Shown: positions 62,090 to 64,000 of the stretch, in pieces
Numbering within the stretch: position 1 is the stretch's first letter
Layout of the letters: every line of letters begins with the position of its first letter
Assembly (NCBI RefSeq): GCF_009914755.1
Contig: NC_060934.1
Length of the DNA: 64,000 nucleotides
DNA from: the human T2T-CHM13v2.0 reference genome, Homo sapiens
Direction: 5' to 3' (one strand)
Notes under the pieces: generated by a model
What the model saw: only the letters and a program-made list of their open reading frames with translations
Told to the model about the DNA's origin: nothing
The model's database searches: none
Position numbers and translations under genes: made by a program

Positions 62090-62328
62090 ATCATGGAAAA
62101 ATTAAAACTCAACAGATAGTCTCAGCAGAAGAATGGAAATGACAGAGGAAAAAGACGGCAAACTTGAAGAAGGACCAACAGAAATTATCCAACCTAAACA
62201 GAGACAGAAAAAGACTGAAAAAATGACAGCTTCAGGGACTCATAGGACAACATCAAAATGTCTAATATTCATGCTACCAGAGTCCCAGAAGAAGCGAAGA
62301 AAGCGTATGATGCAAAAAGAAGCATTTG
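62090..62328 (+). mobile_element. Old L1M ORF1-region fragment
   Basis: gacagaggaaa...aacttgaaga...acagaaattatccaa...ggacaacatcaaaatgtctaa...gagtcccagaaga resembles ancient L1 ORF1. Confidence 0.6.
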
Positions 62329-62329
62329 G

Positions 62330-64000
<1,671 letters not shown>

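Overview
Primate (very likely human) genomic DNA. The only protein-coding sequence I can support is the first coding exon of DIP2C on the minus strand (4292-4376, MADRSLEGMALPLEVRARLAELELELSE-G, followed by a GT donor), lying in a CpG-island promoter. Positions 1-4291 are DIP2C intron 1; the other ~59 kb is upstream intergenic DNA, consistent with the known subtelomeric 10p15.3 position of human DIP2C. That region is dense with Alu, L1, MaLR LTR and L2 elements and carries about a dozen minisatellites, which explain nearly all long ORFs in the track. Most notable: (1) a 13 x 78-bp minisatellite with a CLEAR/M-box (MiT/TFE, USF) site in every unit and 12 NBRE sites at the same spacing, a candidate copy-number-tunable enhancer; (2) an 89-bp alpha-satellite fragment captured inside a MaLR LTR with an 11-bp target duplication; (3) a rearranged young L1 that lacks its YY1 site and ORF1, has an older-looking patch at the junction, and has its antisense ORF0 pointing toward DIP2C; (4) several unusual retrotransposition scars. 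Repeat subfamily calls come from recalled consensus sequences, not a database search, and boundaries of old repeats are approximate.
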